Origin: Blasia pusilla
Lineage: Eukaryota
DNA length: 64,000 nt
Direction: 5' to 3'
Assembly (NCBI GenBank): GCA_050084515.1
Contig: CM114271.1
Coordinates: 15,004,001-15,068,000, forward strand
The translations under genes were made by a program, and so were the position numbers. Shown piece by piece: positions 25,669 to 38,089 of this stretch; position 1 is the stretch's first letter, and the number at the start of each line of letters is the position of its first letter. The notes under the pieces are model-generated. The model was not told the origin of the DNA, ran no database searches, and saw only the letters and a list, made by a program, of their open reading frames with translations.

Positions 25669-28600
25669 AATTCCTCTCCTGGCCTTTTGCAGCAAGAAAA
25701 CCTTGCGAATATTACAATTTGTGTGCGGCATCATGAATCCACTTTTTTCATTGGGTGCCCCATGGGGCCATTGTTATTTTCTTCTAGCGGGTCCCGATGG
25801 GTCGCACATATTTGCACCTTATGTTCTAAGGAAGCGAATTCTGTTGGAGTCCCATGAATCTCATCCGTCCGATCAACCACGATCCGGGACAGTGGGACGG
25901 GGATCCTCGCGATGTCTTGATGACCTCGGCCGCATGGGACCGGGTCCTAACAAAAGTGTTTCTAAGTCTATTTTTTATTTCCCATGCATCGTACGGGCAT
26001 GTACGATATAATCATGAGTTTAAATTACTAGTATGGACTTGCCATGCATAAGAGGATGATTTTGAGAATCCCATATGATGTTGACAAGTGTATTTTTGTC
26101 CTCCTTCGATGATGACACAAGTGATAGAAGAGCCAAATTCACATGGTGAATTAAATTAACAGGATGTCTCTCCTCACGGGTGATTTTCAATGCATGGTAA
26201 AAGTATTATGCTAGTTAATGTTTAGGCGTTCGTTGTCGTATGCATACACACATCGCTATACAACACACATCGTCGTTATCGAATATACATGCAAACACAC
26301 AAGTTCTCAAGCTAATTCATGGTATTCACACATCATGATGATAATGTATCACAATATTTCTACTAAATCAAAATTCCTTTTTTCAGTAATGTCTTTATAT
26401 GGTGTATATTATTCTCTATCTTTCATGACAAATCATATTCATTCTTTAAATGATAGCTTCGGATTACACAAAAGGCAAAGAGGATCATAGTTTAGGGTTC
26501 AATTAAGAGATAATAAATTTTAAAGGTCTTTCTTTTCAGATATATCCATTCTATTCCCAAGTTCTCTCCATAGTAATTTTTATTTGCGGGTCACTTTTTT
26601 GGTTCTTCATATGCTAAAGAAAGTTAACTTGTTAAGAGTCACTTCCCAAAATGGGAAGTTAGTTATACTCAAAATAGTATCTTATTTGAAATAGAAGTTT
26701 TTTTTCTAAATGATTTCAAATGAACCAAAACAAAATGGAAATTTCTTCTCTCAACTTATCCGTGGTTTGAATAGGTCATCTTCCACATCTTGAGTTTATC
26801 CTTCGCTATCCTCGGAAGATAGATCTTGTTCATCTATCTTAAAGGAGGTGACATTGTCGTTAAAATATTGCATTTGATCGGTCCGCATAAAACATAACAA
26901 AAATTCAAACATTTGATGGAAATAGTTATTTTTAAGTCCATGGGAAACCTAATTGGCCTATGGGATCCCTTCCACATATGAGACGTTAACGTCACATCTG
27001 TCATAGAATCTCCAAGCAAGAATAACAAAATCTCTAGACATTTGATTAATAAGATCTCCAAGAAAAATAACCAAAAAGAAATGAGGTATAAGAGAATCTC
27101 CAAGAAAAATAAAGTTGATGAAATTTCATTCAAAGGGCCTCTAAATAAAAATAACATAAAATACTTAGGGCATTTGGTTGAGAGCGAGGATTTCTAGCTC
27201 ATCATATTGTACACGGACAATGTTCGTGTTAGCAGACATGATACTCGTAACACGCATCTGAGCCCGTCACGTAAATCCAAGCCATACCCGTTTTATGGCT
27301 CACTCAGAGCATGTGGCATATCCGCAAGGCAGGTTGTGCCCCCATTTAAGAGGCTTAGGCTCGCACACGACATGTAGGGTGGACTATGACGCGGGCTTAA
27401 GCCTGCCTGATGGAGGCCCAGCCCGCCTTAGGGACCAAAAAATGGGTACGGCCCACATCTACGCAACGGGCTCAACGAGCTCAAATGCGAGCGCGGGTAT
27501 TTTAGTGGCATGTCCGCACTTGTCCATTTTTTTTCAGCCTTGTAGCTCACATACCCATTCGATTTGTGTGTGCCTCTCTTAATCCAAGCTTGTATTTATT
27601 TCGACGTCTCAAACCTACGCGGGCCATTGGGATATTAAAAACTCGGAGGAGGAATCCATTTCTATGATTATATTAAGAAGATTCCTCCAAGAGAAATTAT
27701 ACTTTAGCCAATTATCATACTATTAAGGGCGTTAGCCCTTTACTAAGAAGCTCCGAGGGAACACAAGGTGTGAAGCCTATCATATATCCAATTATTGTTT
27801 AATTTTCCCTATACTAAACTAAGATTTGAATAGAAAAGAGATTTTTAGATAATAATTATTTTTAAAGATAAATTTAAATTTAAAAAATGAAATCCAAAAA
27901 ACCTGTTTATCTCTTTTTTATTTTCAGTTTCTTTTTTCATTTTAGAAATGAAATTTATTATTTCAAAATTTAATTTCAAGTTAATTTTGGAAGGGAAATT
28001 ACATATCACTTTAAAAATATGTCATTTAATATCCTTTTCAAGCTTTAATTGTGAGAGTTTTTTAAGAATATTTTGAAACAAACTTTGGATCAAAATGAGT
28101 GAATTTTTCTGCTAATTTAAAAATTTTGAAAACCACTCTCAAATTTGTCCAAGAATTGATGAATTCTTTTAATTTTACCCTGTTCTAAGAAAAAAAAAGG
28201 GGTAGGATTTTCATAATAATTAATTAATTATAATTAACTCAAATTCAAACATCTTCCTAGATGAAATCTTCTAGAGTCTCTTTCATTTTTTTAAAATATT
28301 TCCTCATTTTAAAATTAAAAATTATTTTTTTTCAAGGTTCATGCAAACGAAATTTAAAGTTTAGTTTTGAGGGGAACTTATTTTTTCTTTTGGGAAAACA
28401 AGAAAGGATAATGAGATAGTAATGGGAAAAGAATTATTCTTCAAAATAAAGGAAGAAAAATTATTTCTATATTATTTTAACTTTCAAGTTAGATTGGGGA
28501 AAAAATTAATCCCTCTTTTGGGAAAAAATTCATCAAAAGAAGTGATTTTATTTTATTTTAAAATCAATAAAGGAAAACCTATGAAAAATTGTCGTGAGCC

Positions 28601-29659
28601 AAGTTAGATGTAATAAAAAAAAATTTGATCCCTTTTTTCATTTTTTTTTAAATTAAACTTTATTCATCGTGTGTTCTCTATTTTCACATTATCTTCCTCC
28701 ATATGCAAGTTTTTTCATTCCCAATCATCCTACCCTAAGTCACCCAGTGCATCGCGCGAGCAATAAATATCTACTGTATTAAATGTATGATTCCAAACAT
28801 TTTCAAATTTTTTAGAATAAAATCTTGATCTTTTTAATAATATTAATAAAATTTTGATAGAGAAAATTGATATTTATTAAAGACTAAGACTGTTTTCTTT
28901 AATCCACTTTTCAATTTTATTTAGATGAGATTTTTATTTTCTTTGATTAAAACGCCTTTAAAGTTCTAACTATCAATCTTACTTTGGTCGTCATCTATTT
29001 ATTAAAATTTTAAGGATATTACATATCACATAATTTAAAGTAGTATTTTGTTGAAAAACGTGACTTCCATCATGATATCATGTTGGCATGATATTTATAC
29101 TTACATATTGAATGTTTAATTTCTTTAAATTGCAAATCCTAAACCTATGGTTGCCAAAGAGTTCATCGTTTTCCACTATCGCTTTGGCCTTAGTCATGTA
29201 TTCTACATCCATTATCGCTAATAGATCTATCTTAGTACTCCTCCTTCCAATATCAAGGTTTCATGGAAACAAACTTGTCTGGCTTATATATCCAATGGCT
29301 TCTCCGTACGGTTTTTTTTTAGTACCCTAATGGTCTATGTAGGCTCGGGACACTCGAATGTGTGAGGGAAGGGATCGAATGAGTGTGGGGCTACGAGAGC
29401 TCTTCGGGCCCGCATGGAGTCTATGAAGGCCCGCATTTCTCATGCGGGTCTACTGCAAGCCCTAAGCCCACCCTCTACAAGCCCTTCAGGCTCAGTGGGA
29501 GCCTCGAGCCCACCCTTTGCGGGTCTATTGGAGGTTGGTACGTGCCAATCAGGCTCGATGTAAGCCTTCACAAGCTAGATGCAAGTATGAAATGGGTGGG
29601 AAGAATAGGTGATGGATCGCTGGATTGGATGGAGATTGGTTGAGCCCAAATATGGGCCG

Positions 29660-32655
29660 CAAGAACTTGGGCCTGCACGGATATGTCTATCCCTAGGACG
29701 GACATAAATCTATGGACATTGACTTTTCCTATGTGCAACCTTGTCCAAGATTGATCATGTATTTTGTATAGTTGGAGAATTTCCACGTATTGCTTTTTTC
29801 TTTCACGAGTAAGAATATCAAATCATGAGTAAGATTCAATAAAGAAATAATTCTAGAAAGACTCTTAAATTATTGCATTTGGAAAGGATAATTTTTTAGC
29901 ATCATACTCTTTGTACAAAATTTTAAAATTTCACAAAAGTTGTATGTGTTTTCTTGCCCATTCTATTCTTACTAATAACACATTAATCTTGATTGAAAGA
30001 TTAGTCTAACCATATTTGGTTGATTTAAGGCATTGTAAGGATAGATTTGTGAAATATAAATAAGAAATTCATTGTTGACTCAACCATGGTTCTTTCTTGA
30101 AGAGGTTTCATGCAATTAGATGTTGAGATCCCATTTCATTATTTTTTATGATCTCAAGTCATTATTGATTTTTCCATACTTATTCATGTGTGTAAAGCTT
30201 CTTTTATATTCAGGATTTTTCGGCTTCTCAAGTGGTTTGGATTGGGCTCTTCAAACATAGAAATAAAACTAAGGTGACTCTTGCTCCTATCTCCCCAATC
30301 ATGCATTTGGATTTATGACATTACAAGCGTTGGACTTTCCAAAATATGACTACACATGAATAATTCCTCTTAATAAAATAATGATTAAAAAATGATATAT
30401 ATATATATAAACTTTAGATTAGATTATTTTTCCATCGCCTAATATGTTCTATTCTAGGTAGATCAAGATCAATTGTAATTTTGGAATCATAGATACAAAC
30501 CTTAAAATTTGAGATTATCTGTAGAAAATCTCATCGTTGAATGGCATACAAATACATAGAATTTGCTCTTAAAATAACACTAGATTAATCCAAAAAAAAG
30601 AAACACTTGATGGAAATTACCAACTCAAGTAGTTTCATTATATGACTTTTGATTCTCATCTTAACAAACCACTTTAGGAATACTACTTGTATGCATGAAA
30701 AGTGGATTCCTCCAAAATAATATTAACAAATTGGTTATCTTGCTTCTTATTTAAAAATATAATTTCCACTCTCGACACACCATCTCAAGTGCATACTTGA
30801 ATAGGTATCATCCCAATTATGTCAACGGGGCTCATAATGGAGCAACATATGTATTTCATCACACTTTCTATTGAATCTTGGGAGGACTCCTAATGAACAA
30901 AATATTAGCATGTTGTGTATTGAATGTGGATGATTGTAATAGAAAGGCATGGGTATTTTACTCTCTATATGGAACTGATTTTTTTGGTTGAAAATATCGA
31001 ATAATATGATTTGGCATGTCATCTTGCTAGTAAAATCCAAAATTCATATGGCCATACTTTGGTTTATCTTGCATCTTTCCATTATTATATCAAAACCAAA
31101 AAGCTTGAAATTTCTGAGGGATATCCATATAAAATTCTCTCCTTTATGATTAATTTATTGTTGAATACATATTGAATTGTCTCAAAAGCTCACTTATTTT
31201 GAATGTCAAAACTATAGGTTGGTGCATGCGATCAAGGACATGATGATCACAACACAACACAATGAGAAGGAAAACAAGATTGGCCCTGCAACAACTATGC
31301 TACCCGAATTGGAGGAAGGCATAGTTGAAGTTCTAGAGTACTTCTTCATCCCTTTCATGGAGCAATTGCAAGAGTCACATAAAGGAGGAACCCTACAAGA
31401 GCCTATCTTTGTAGCATTGTCTCATATCATGCATCATCATTCCATCAATATTCCCCGACCTCTTATTACAAGGATTTGTGAGTTCCAAGGATTTCTCAAA
31501 AGGGAGCTCGAGCATGAATGGCATGATAGACTAGACAAAACACCCTCACTCAAGAAACACATCGGATGAGCTTTCTTGTCAAGAACCTTACCATTTATAA
31601 AAATCAATAAATAATTTTACTTCTCTTCAGTGAATTTTGTGGCTTAAGCACTCCATATCGTTTTCTCTTTGAAAGAATTCTTATGATAGTAAGTAGTGAG
31701 GCTTTAATTCCTTACCAATCTACTAAGCAAAATATCTATGAATTCTATTTATGTATTTGGAATCACATTTAAGCTCAATGACTTCTATATACATATGGGT
31801 CCTATCTTAAGAAAGTCTTATTATCTCTATAAGCAAGTTATTTATTAAAAAAATACAAAACTTCCTCCCTTGCTTTGAATATGATAGCTTGACAAAGCTA
31901 ATCTAAAGGATCACTCAACTTGCTTATGGAGACCATACCTTCATCCATGTTTCATAAAATCATGCCATCTTGAACTTTTCACATAAGGACTTCATTTTTC
32001 TCAAATGAAATATTGAAAATTTTCACAAAAGCCTTACAAAAGAGTCCAATTTTCATAACTAAATCTTTGATAAATTTTGGATATAATTAATCTTTCATCC
32101 CAAACCTAGAAAATGTGCAATGCCAAGAACTAGGTAGAAATACTAGTATTGATGATAAGAGATGTGAGAGAACGATGGATGATTCTTAATGGATCTAGAG
32201 TTTATGGGATATTCACTATCATGGCCTTCGGATTCATGTAATGGACAAAGACTGCATCTGCGGACATGTCCATGTCTGTGGACTTATGTATGTCATATAG
32301 AAGTATTTGTCCATGTGGGCCTCATCTCCCCCTTATGGTATGCAGGCTCATGGAGCCCACAATTGGGTCCGCACGGACATGTCCGTCCTTAGGATGGACA
32401 TAAGTCCATGGACACGAACTTTGTTCTCATCCCCCTCCCCCCACTTGCCTTCGTGATCCTTGTTTTCTCCTTTTTTTTCCTCCTTCCACCTCTACTCCCT
32501 CTTCCCTTATTGCCCTATCCATTCTTGCACTGCCTTCCACCATAAATTATAAGTGTAGGCCCCACCTTTTGCAAGTCATGTCCTAGGACATGTCTAAATT
32601 TTTTCTATCCATGTCTGTTTTAGGAACGGACTTGTCTATTTTTTGTGCAACCATG
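29660..32655. repeat. Remnants of a GGACATGTCC-rich MITE-like repeat, with related pieces at ~29660-29745, ~32260-32420 and ~32575-32655
   Basis: TTGGGCCTGCACGGATATGTCTATCCCTAGGACGGACATAAATCTATGGACA (~29667) resembles TTGGGTCCGCACGGACATGTCCGTCCTTAGGATGGACATAAGTCCATGGACA (~32362). TGTGCAACC occurs at ~29732 and ~32644. Boundaries are not resolved. Confidence 0.45.
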
Positions 32656-32751
32656 GGAATGGAGTTTTGATATATAGGTTTCTTCATGTGATTCAAAAAT
32701 ATTTTTGTTTATGTGTTCGTGATTTTAGTAAAGGATTTCCCTTCCTTCTAA

Positions 32752-32791
32752 TCTATATTATTATTGGAGTGCCTTTTTGATTTGCAAACAT
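32752..32791 (+). mobile_element. 5' stub of the Helitron-like repeat (copy B), interrupted by a nested insertion starting TGTCACGAC
   Basis: TCTATATTATTATTGGAGTGCCTTTTTGATTTGCAAACA matches the start of copy A at 18481, then similarity stops abruptly. Confidence 0.6.
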
Positions 32792-35425
32792 TGTCACGAC
32801 TGTTAGGATAGACCGGAGAGATCTAGTAGAGCGCCTTTGGAGATACAAGATGACAACCTTAAGAGGTCAAGGATGACCTACTGAGGCCACGTGTAACCTG
32901 AGAGAGCAGGTTTCCCTTCGTTTCGGCTCATTTGGAGCCATTTTTAGGAACTTACTATTTGGAGTAAGTTTCCATTTGGAATATAGTCGACTTTCCACTT
33001 TGGGAACTGGCCCTTGACTCGCTACAGTAGGTCAAGAGCCAAGGAGGTGACCTACAAGCATAGGTTACCGAGGAGAGAACTTGGGAGAGGGAAGGGGGTA
33101 TACCTCCAAGAGACAGAGCTTAAGAGCTCATTCTCTCTTTGTTGAACCTCTTGGCATGAGGCGACAGAACTATGGCCCTCCTTGCCTTGTATATGTAATC
33201 CAAGCCTCTCATGAGGAGAGTGGGTTTGGTTTGACATGAGAGAGAGTGCACACCATGGAGAGGTTGGTGTGAGATGTGTTGAGAGATCTACTTGATTTAC
33301 AAAGATAGAAAATGAGTAAGTGAGAGTTTCAATGGAAGAGCTTGCTGGTCACTTGCTGTTGTTGCAGGTTGGGGACCGTAGTCCTCGTTTAGCGGCTCAT
33401 GGGAGTGCTCACCGTAGCAAGGGAGGCTTTGGTTGTGCTTTGTGGTTGCCATTTTTTTGTGTGAGAGAATGGCGCGCGGAAGCGCTGCCCAATTTTTTAT
33501 AGGGATTGAGTATTGGGGCGATTTGCCCCATGCCAATGCTCTTGGGAGTACCGTGTAGCTTGCTCATTTATGTGTGCACAAGTTTCCAGTTTTTGTTAGA
33601 AGGAATCAGCGCGGAAGCGTTGCCAAGTTTTGCGTAAGAGAAAGAGACGTTGGGCTGCACTACAATCCCCATCAGTTTTTGGTGGAAGATTGAATGGAGA
33701 AACCAATTGATGAATTTGTAGATCGGGAAGCTGTGCAGGCTATGGAAGAAACAGTGTGCAATTTTGAGTTGGGAGCACAAAGTTGTGGTTGATTGAGCAA
33801 GCTCCCATAGCCACCGTGCTATCGTGTGAGTGAAATTTTCAATTTTCTTTGTTAACTCCTTGAGTGAGGGGTAGAAAATTAAAGATCTTTTATTTCGGTG
33901 GACCAGACAAGTGAAGTTGTCATTGGGAGCTAGAAGTTGAGTGAAAAAATAAATAAATTGAGAAGAGTTGGGAACCGCCACGTCCTTTGTTGACACCGTA
34001 GTCACTTAGTCCGCCATTCTGGTTTGGGAGCAAGGCTCGGACAGTACCGGCATCCTTTGTAAGGCTGCCGGCAGAAATCGAGATTTCCCGATGGCTCGGA
34101 CCCAGGCTCGGGGACAAAACCGAAGAGGGAAGAGGTAGCGCCGGTAGGGAGCTGCTTCAAGTCATGAACGCCGGCCAGCTTGAGGAAACCGGTTGGACTT
34201 TCCCGGCAGTGTAACCGGGACTTGTTGAATCTTCCAGGCATTTTCCGACCGGGGGAAGGAGGTGCCAGGGCCCAACAGGTGTCAAGAGGGTAGTGGATAA
34301 GGGGGGGAGTGTGCAAGGTTCATCCAACCGTCCCTTCTAGGGTGCGGATGATCGGACGGCAGTTCACATTTGGCAAGTTGGCACTTCGGGACTTGGGAGT
34401 CGGGAGAGAGGGAGGCAGGGGAGTAGGGGTCGACTGTGCTCGAGGCATTCGCAACTCATTTATGCTCTCTCCTCCATGAATCCTGAATGCTCGTGGCCGC
34501 GTCCCCGCTTACTCTTGCAGCCCTGCTCGTCGTCGTCTTGGGCGCCTTGTTGCTCGTCGTCGTCTTGGGCGCCCTGTTGCTGGTTGCTCGGTGTGCTTAA
34601 CCACAGGAGTCCTCGTTGCTGGTTGCTCGGTGTGATGAATGCTAAAAGCTCTCTCTCCTCGAGTCCTCAGGGTGACACCATCCTCGGCGCCTCGTTGCTT
34701 GCTCGTCCTCGGCGCCTCCTTGCTCGCTCGTCCTCGGCGCCTCGTTGCTCACTCGTCCTCGGCGCCTCGTTACTAGCTCATCATTGTCTTTACTCCTCAC
34801 TGCTCTCAACGCTCATTGTCGTGATTGCTTGGTTCTTATTATGTTTGCTCAATGCTGTATTGCTCTCGCTGCTCAGTCGCTAATTCACGCTGCTCCATGC
34901 TGCGCAGTTGTAAAGCTTGCCAACCACCGCATCGTAGGTGAAAAAAAGTGGAAGAAATCGGCTGTCGGACACACCTCATCGAGTTCCGGGAGTTGGACAG
35001 GCGAGTGTAACTCACTCTGAGTCTCAGATGCTCATCCAAGCCTCATCCCTGCTGTGAGGACTCAGGATTTGGGACTCGGGAGAGAGTTGGGGAGTGGGGA
35101 CTCGGTCCTCAATCCTCATGTGCTCGATATTGCACCTCATTCTTGTGCCATTGCAATTCGGGAGAAGCCCGCACACACTGCATTCTCCTCCTACTCGCCG
35201 CTTGCTTATTTTCCTGTATTCTCTCAGGAGTTAGGGAGTTGGGGCCCGAGGGAGTAGGGGTCAGGGACTTGGGTTTTCGTTGCACTCTTGTAGCTTGTCG
35301 TTGTCGCTCTTTGTTGAAGTTCTGGGAGCCTTTCATTGGTTCTGTAACTTCTGTAAACCCTTGAAACCGTATGAGCCTAAACCCTTTACAAAGGGTTTCA
35401 AAGTAGTGAACTCTCAAAGTCCCTT

Positions 35426-37695
35426 ATGGAGGATATTTCAGCCAACAATGCATCTAGGGGTAAGAGACAAAAATCCCTTACTGATATGGGATTTATGAAG
35501 AGGACTGTCAGTGAACCAGCAGCAGAAACCAACTCATGTGAGGAGATAGATTCTCCTTCAGATCTTGCCTCTTCAAAGATTGAAGAGAACAATAGGCTTT
35601 GGAAAGACTCTTGGTATCAAGCTTTTGAATGGATTCAATTTGAGCCTCACACGGGGAGGGTATTCTGTAAAGTGTGCAAGGACTCAGGAGGGAAATCTGT
35701 ATTTGCCACATCCGGAGCCATCAATGTGAAGATTTCTGCCTTCAGAGACCATGGTAAATCCAAGGAACATAAAAAAAACTGGCTTGGGCTCAGTATAGTG
35801 GTAGAAAAACTCTACAGAAAGCTATTGCAAGCACCAATAGAAACTGTGATTTAGTGGTGCTTAATCTTTTTTGAGGAGCATACTTCATGGCTAAGTATAA
35901 TATTGCATTTTCTTCATTCCCTGGTCTCTGTACATTACTCAAATCTGGATCTATGATGCTCACAAAATCGATGTATCAGGATGACAAGACATGTGCACAT
36001 ATGAGAACATGTATTAGTTTAGTAATTCAAAGATTGCTTCTAGCTAGGGTTAGACTTAGTCCCTTTTACGGAATAATGGTAGATGAATCCACTGACATAT
36101 CAGTAATAGGACACCTTGTTGCCTTTGTCACTTACCTTGATGAAGGTCAAGTGTGCACCTCCTTCTTAGGATTGATCAAGGTTGAGAATAAGGATGCCGA
36201 GTCCATTTCATATTGTTTAGTATCCTTACTTAGGGAATGGGAATTGAATTTTGAGAAGATGTTTGGTTTTGGGTCTAATGGGGCCAACACTATGGTAGGT
36301 AGTAGGAATGGGGTAAGTGCCCGTTTGAAGAGGAATGTTAACCCTTACATGACAAGCGTCCAATGTGTGGCACACCGGACAAACTTAGCTGCTCTTGCAG
36401 CAGCAAAGAGCCCAGGGTGCAAGGAACTTAGTGATGAGGTGGATAACATTTTGAATTCTGTTGCATTTTATTTCAAGAAGATTTCTAAGAGGAAGTCTGG
36501 TCTCTCTTCTCTACAAGAGGAGCTAAACGATTCTAGGAAAGTCATGAAACGGTATCAGAAGGTCAGATGGCTTAGCAGGTGGCAAGCCGTTACCTCTTTA
36601 TGTGATAGTTTAGAATCGGTCATGGTCTACTTCTCTACTGTGAATCCGAGGGAAGATGATGGGGTAGCTTCACATCTTCTAAAGAGGTTAAAGTCCTTCA
36701 AAATGATTTACATTTTATACTTTCTGGCTGACATCCTTCATTCTATGGCAATGTTGGGCAAGTTATTCGAGATGAAGTTTGTTGATATATCTAGCGTTGC
36801 TTCTATTGTTTAGACTGAGATAGCACATGTTAGAATGAATTATGTACATGAAAGTGTAGATATGAATGCCTATCTCATTTCTCAGTCTAGCGGTTTTAAT
36901 CTCCTTCCGAACTATGGTCCTACTGATGGATATCTGCAGCGCTTGCAATCAGAGATAAGGGGTTCTTTCTTTCATTCAATCCAAATGGATAGGGATATGA
37001 CAGGAAAGGATTTAGAAGAAGATGTTTTTTTCCAAAGGAATTTTGCTGAGGCGATATGTGTAGCTTTGCAAGAAAGGTTTGAAGACAATAACATCATTGG
37101 AGGTTTTAAGATCCTCAATCCATCCCAAATGCCTTCTACCATATCCAGTTTAAGAGATTGGGGTGTGAGAGACTTGGAAATGTTGAGCTCTTTCTATGGA
37201 CAGGAAAAAAGCTTGCATGGCAGGGTGAAAAAGCCTATTCTAGATGGTGCAGCCCTCAAGAATGAATTTTTGGCCTTCAAGATTCAGGCCTTGACAGAAT
37301 GGAAGGAGAAGTCCTTCAAGGACTTATGGTGTATGGTAAGTGGTAGTCCGATCCTGAAGGCTAAGTATGCTAATCTCTGTATTTTAGGTGATATAGCTAG
37401 AGTCCAATGTGTATCAACACCATCATGTGAGAGAGCTTTTAGCATTCAGAATGTCATTAAGAATAGGTTAAGAAATATCTTAACCTCTTATCACTTGGAA
37501 GCTTTGCTGAGGGTTAATATGGAGGGTCCAAATGAGAATTTTGATGTGGATAAGGTCCTCATTTCTGCTATGGACACATGGAAACAGTCAAAGGAATATA
37601 GATTTGTATATGCTAATCGAGAGTTGTACATTGTTCCTCCCGTTGTACTTGAAGCTGCTGAGGAAGGTGAGCTTAACCCTAACCTTTCATCCTAG
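35426..37695 (+). pseudogene. hAT transposase (ZNF862/DUF4371-like), split by frameshifts into three ORFs
   Basis: TTF-type zinc finger W..FEW...FCKVC...H..SKEH; FYGIMVDESTD; GFGSNGA (expected catalytic D reads N); CVAHRTNLA; VRWLSR; C-terminal dimerisation motif STPSCERAFSIQNVIKNRLRN. Breaks near the A8 run at ~35771, at ~35870 and at ~36810. Confidence 0.92.
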
Positions 37696-37802
37696 TTTCT
37701 CTATGACTTCATTTCATTTTGCAAATGCTTTTACTAGTTATTTATTTTCTATAGTCAAACCCCTCCTACAAAGAAAGTTCATTTTATGAATACTCCTTGT
37801 AG

Positions 37803-38089
37803 GAAGGGTTCTTAGCACCTCTTGCCCCCAACTGGTAGGGGAAAATTCTGGTTCAACTCCAGCCAGAGGTAATGAGGAGGTGAGTTGAGAAGGCTAAGAA
37901 GGGTTCTTAGCACCTATGGCCCCAAACTGGTAGGGGGAATTCTGGTTTAACTCCAGCCAGAGGTAATGAGGAGGTGAGCTGAGAAGGCTAAGAAGGGTTC
38001 TTAGCACCTCTGGCCCCCAATTGGGAGGGGGAATTCTGGTTCAACTCCAGCCAAAGGTAAAAAAATGAGGAGGTGAATTGAGAAGGCTA
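37803..38089. repeat. Three-copy ~94-95 bp subterminal tandem repeat in the hAT element
   Basis: GAAGGGTTCTTAGCACCT...AATTCTGGTTYAACTCCAGCCA...GAGGAGGTGA...GAGAAGGCTA starts at 37803, 37898 and 37992. Confidence 0.92.

Noticed and set aside
29900-32150. 130-aa ORF at 31177-31569 and a possible very decayed minus-strand hAT transposase (K*NS resembling RWNS near 31745)
   Set aside because: The ORF has no recognisable domain, and the motif traces are too weak to support a feature without a search.
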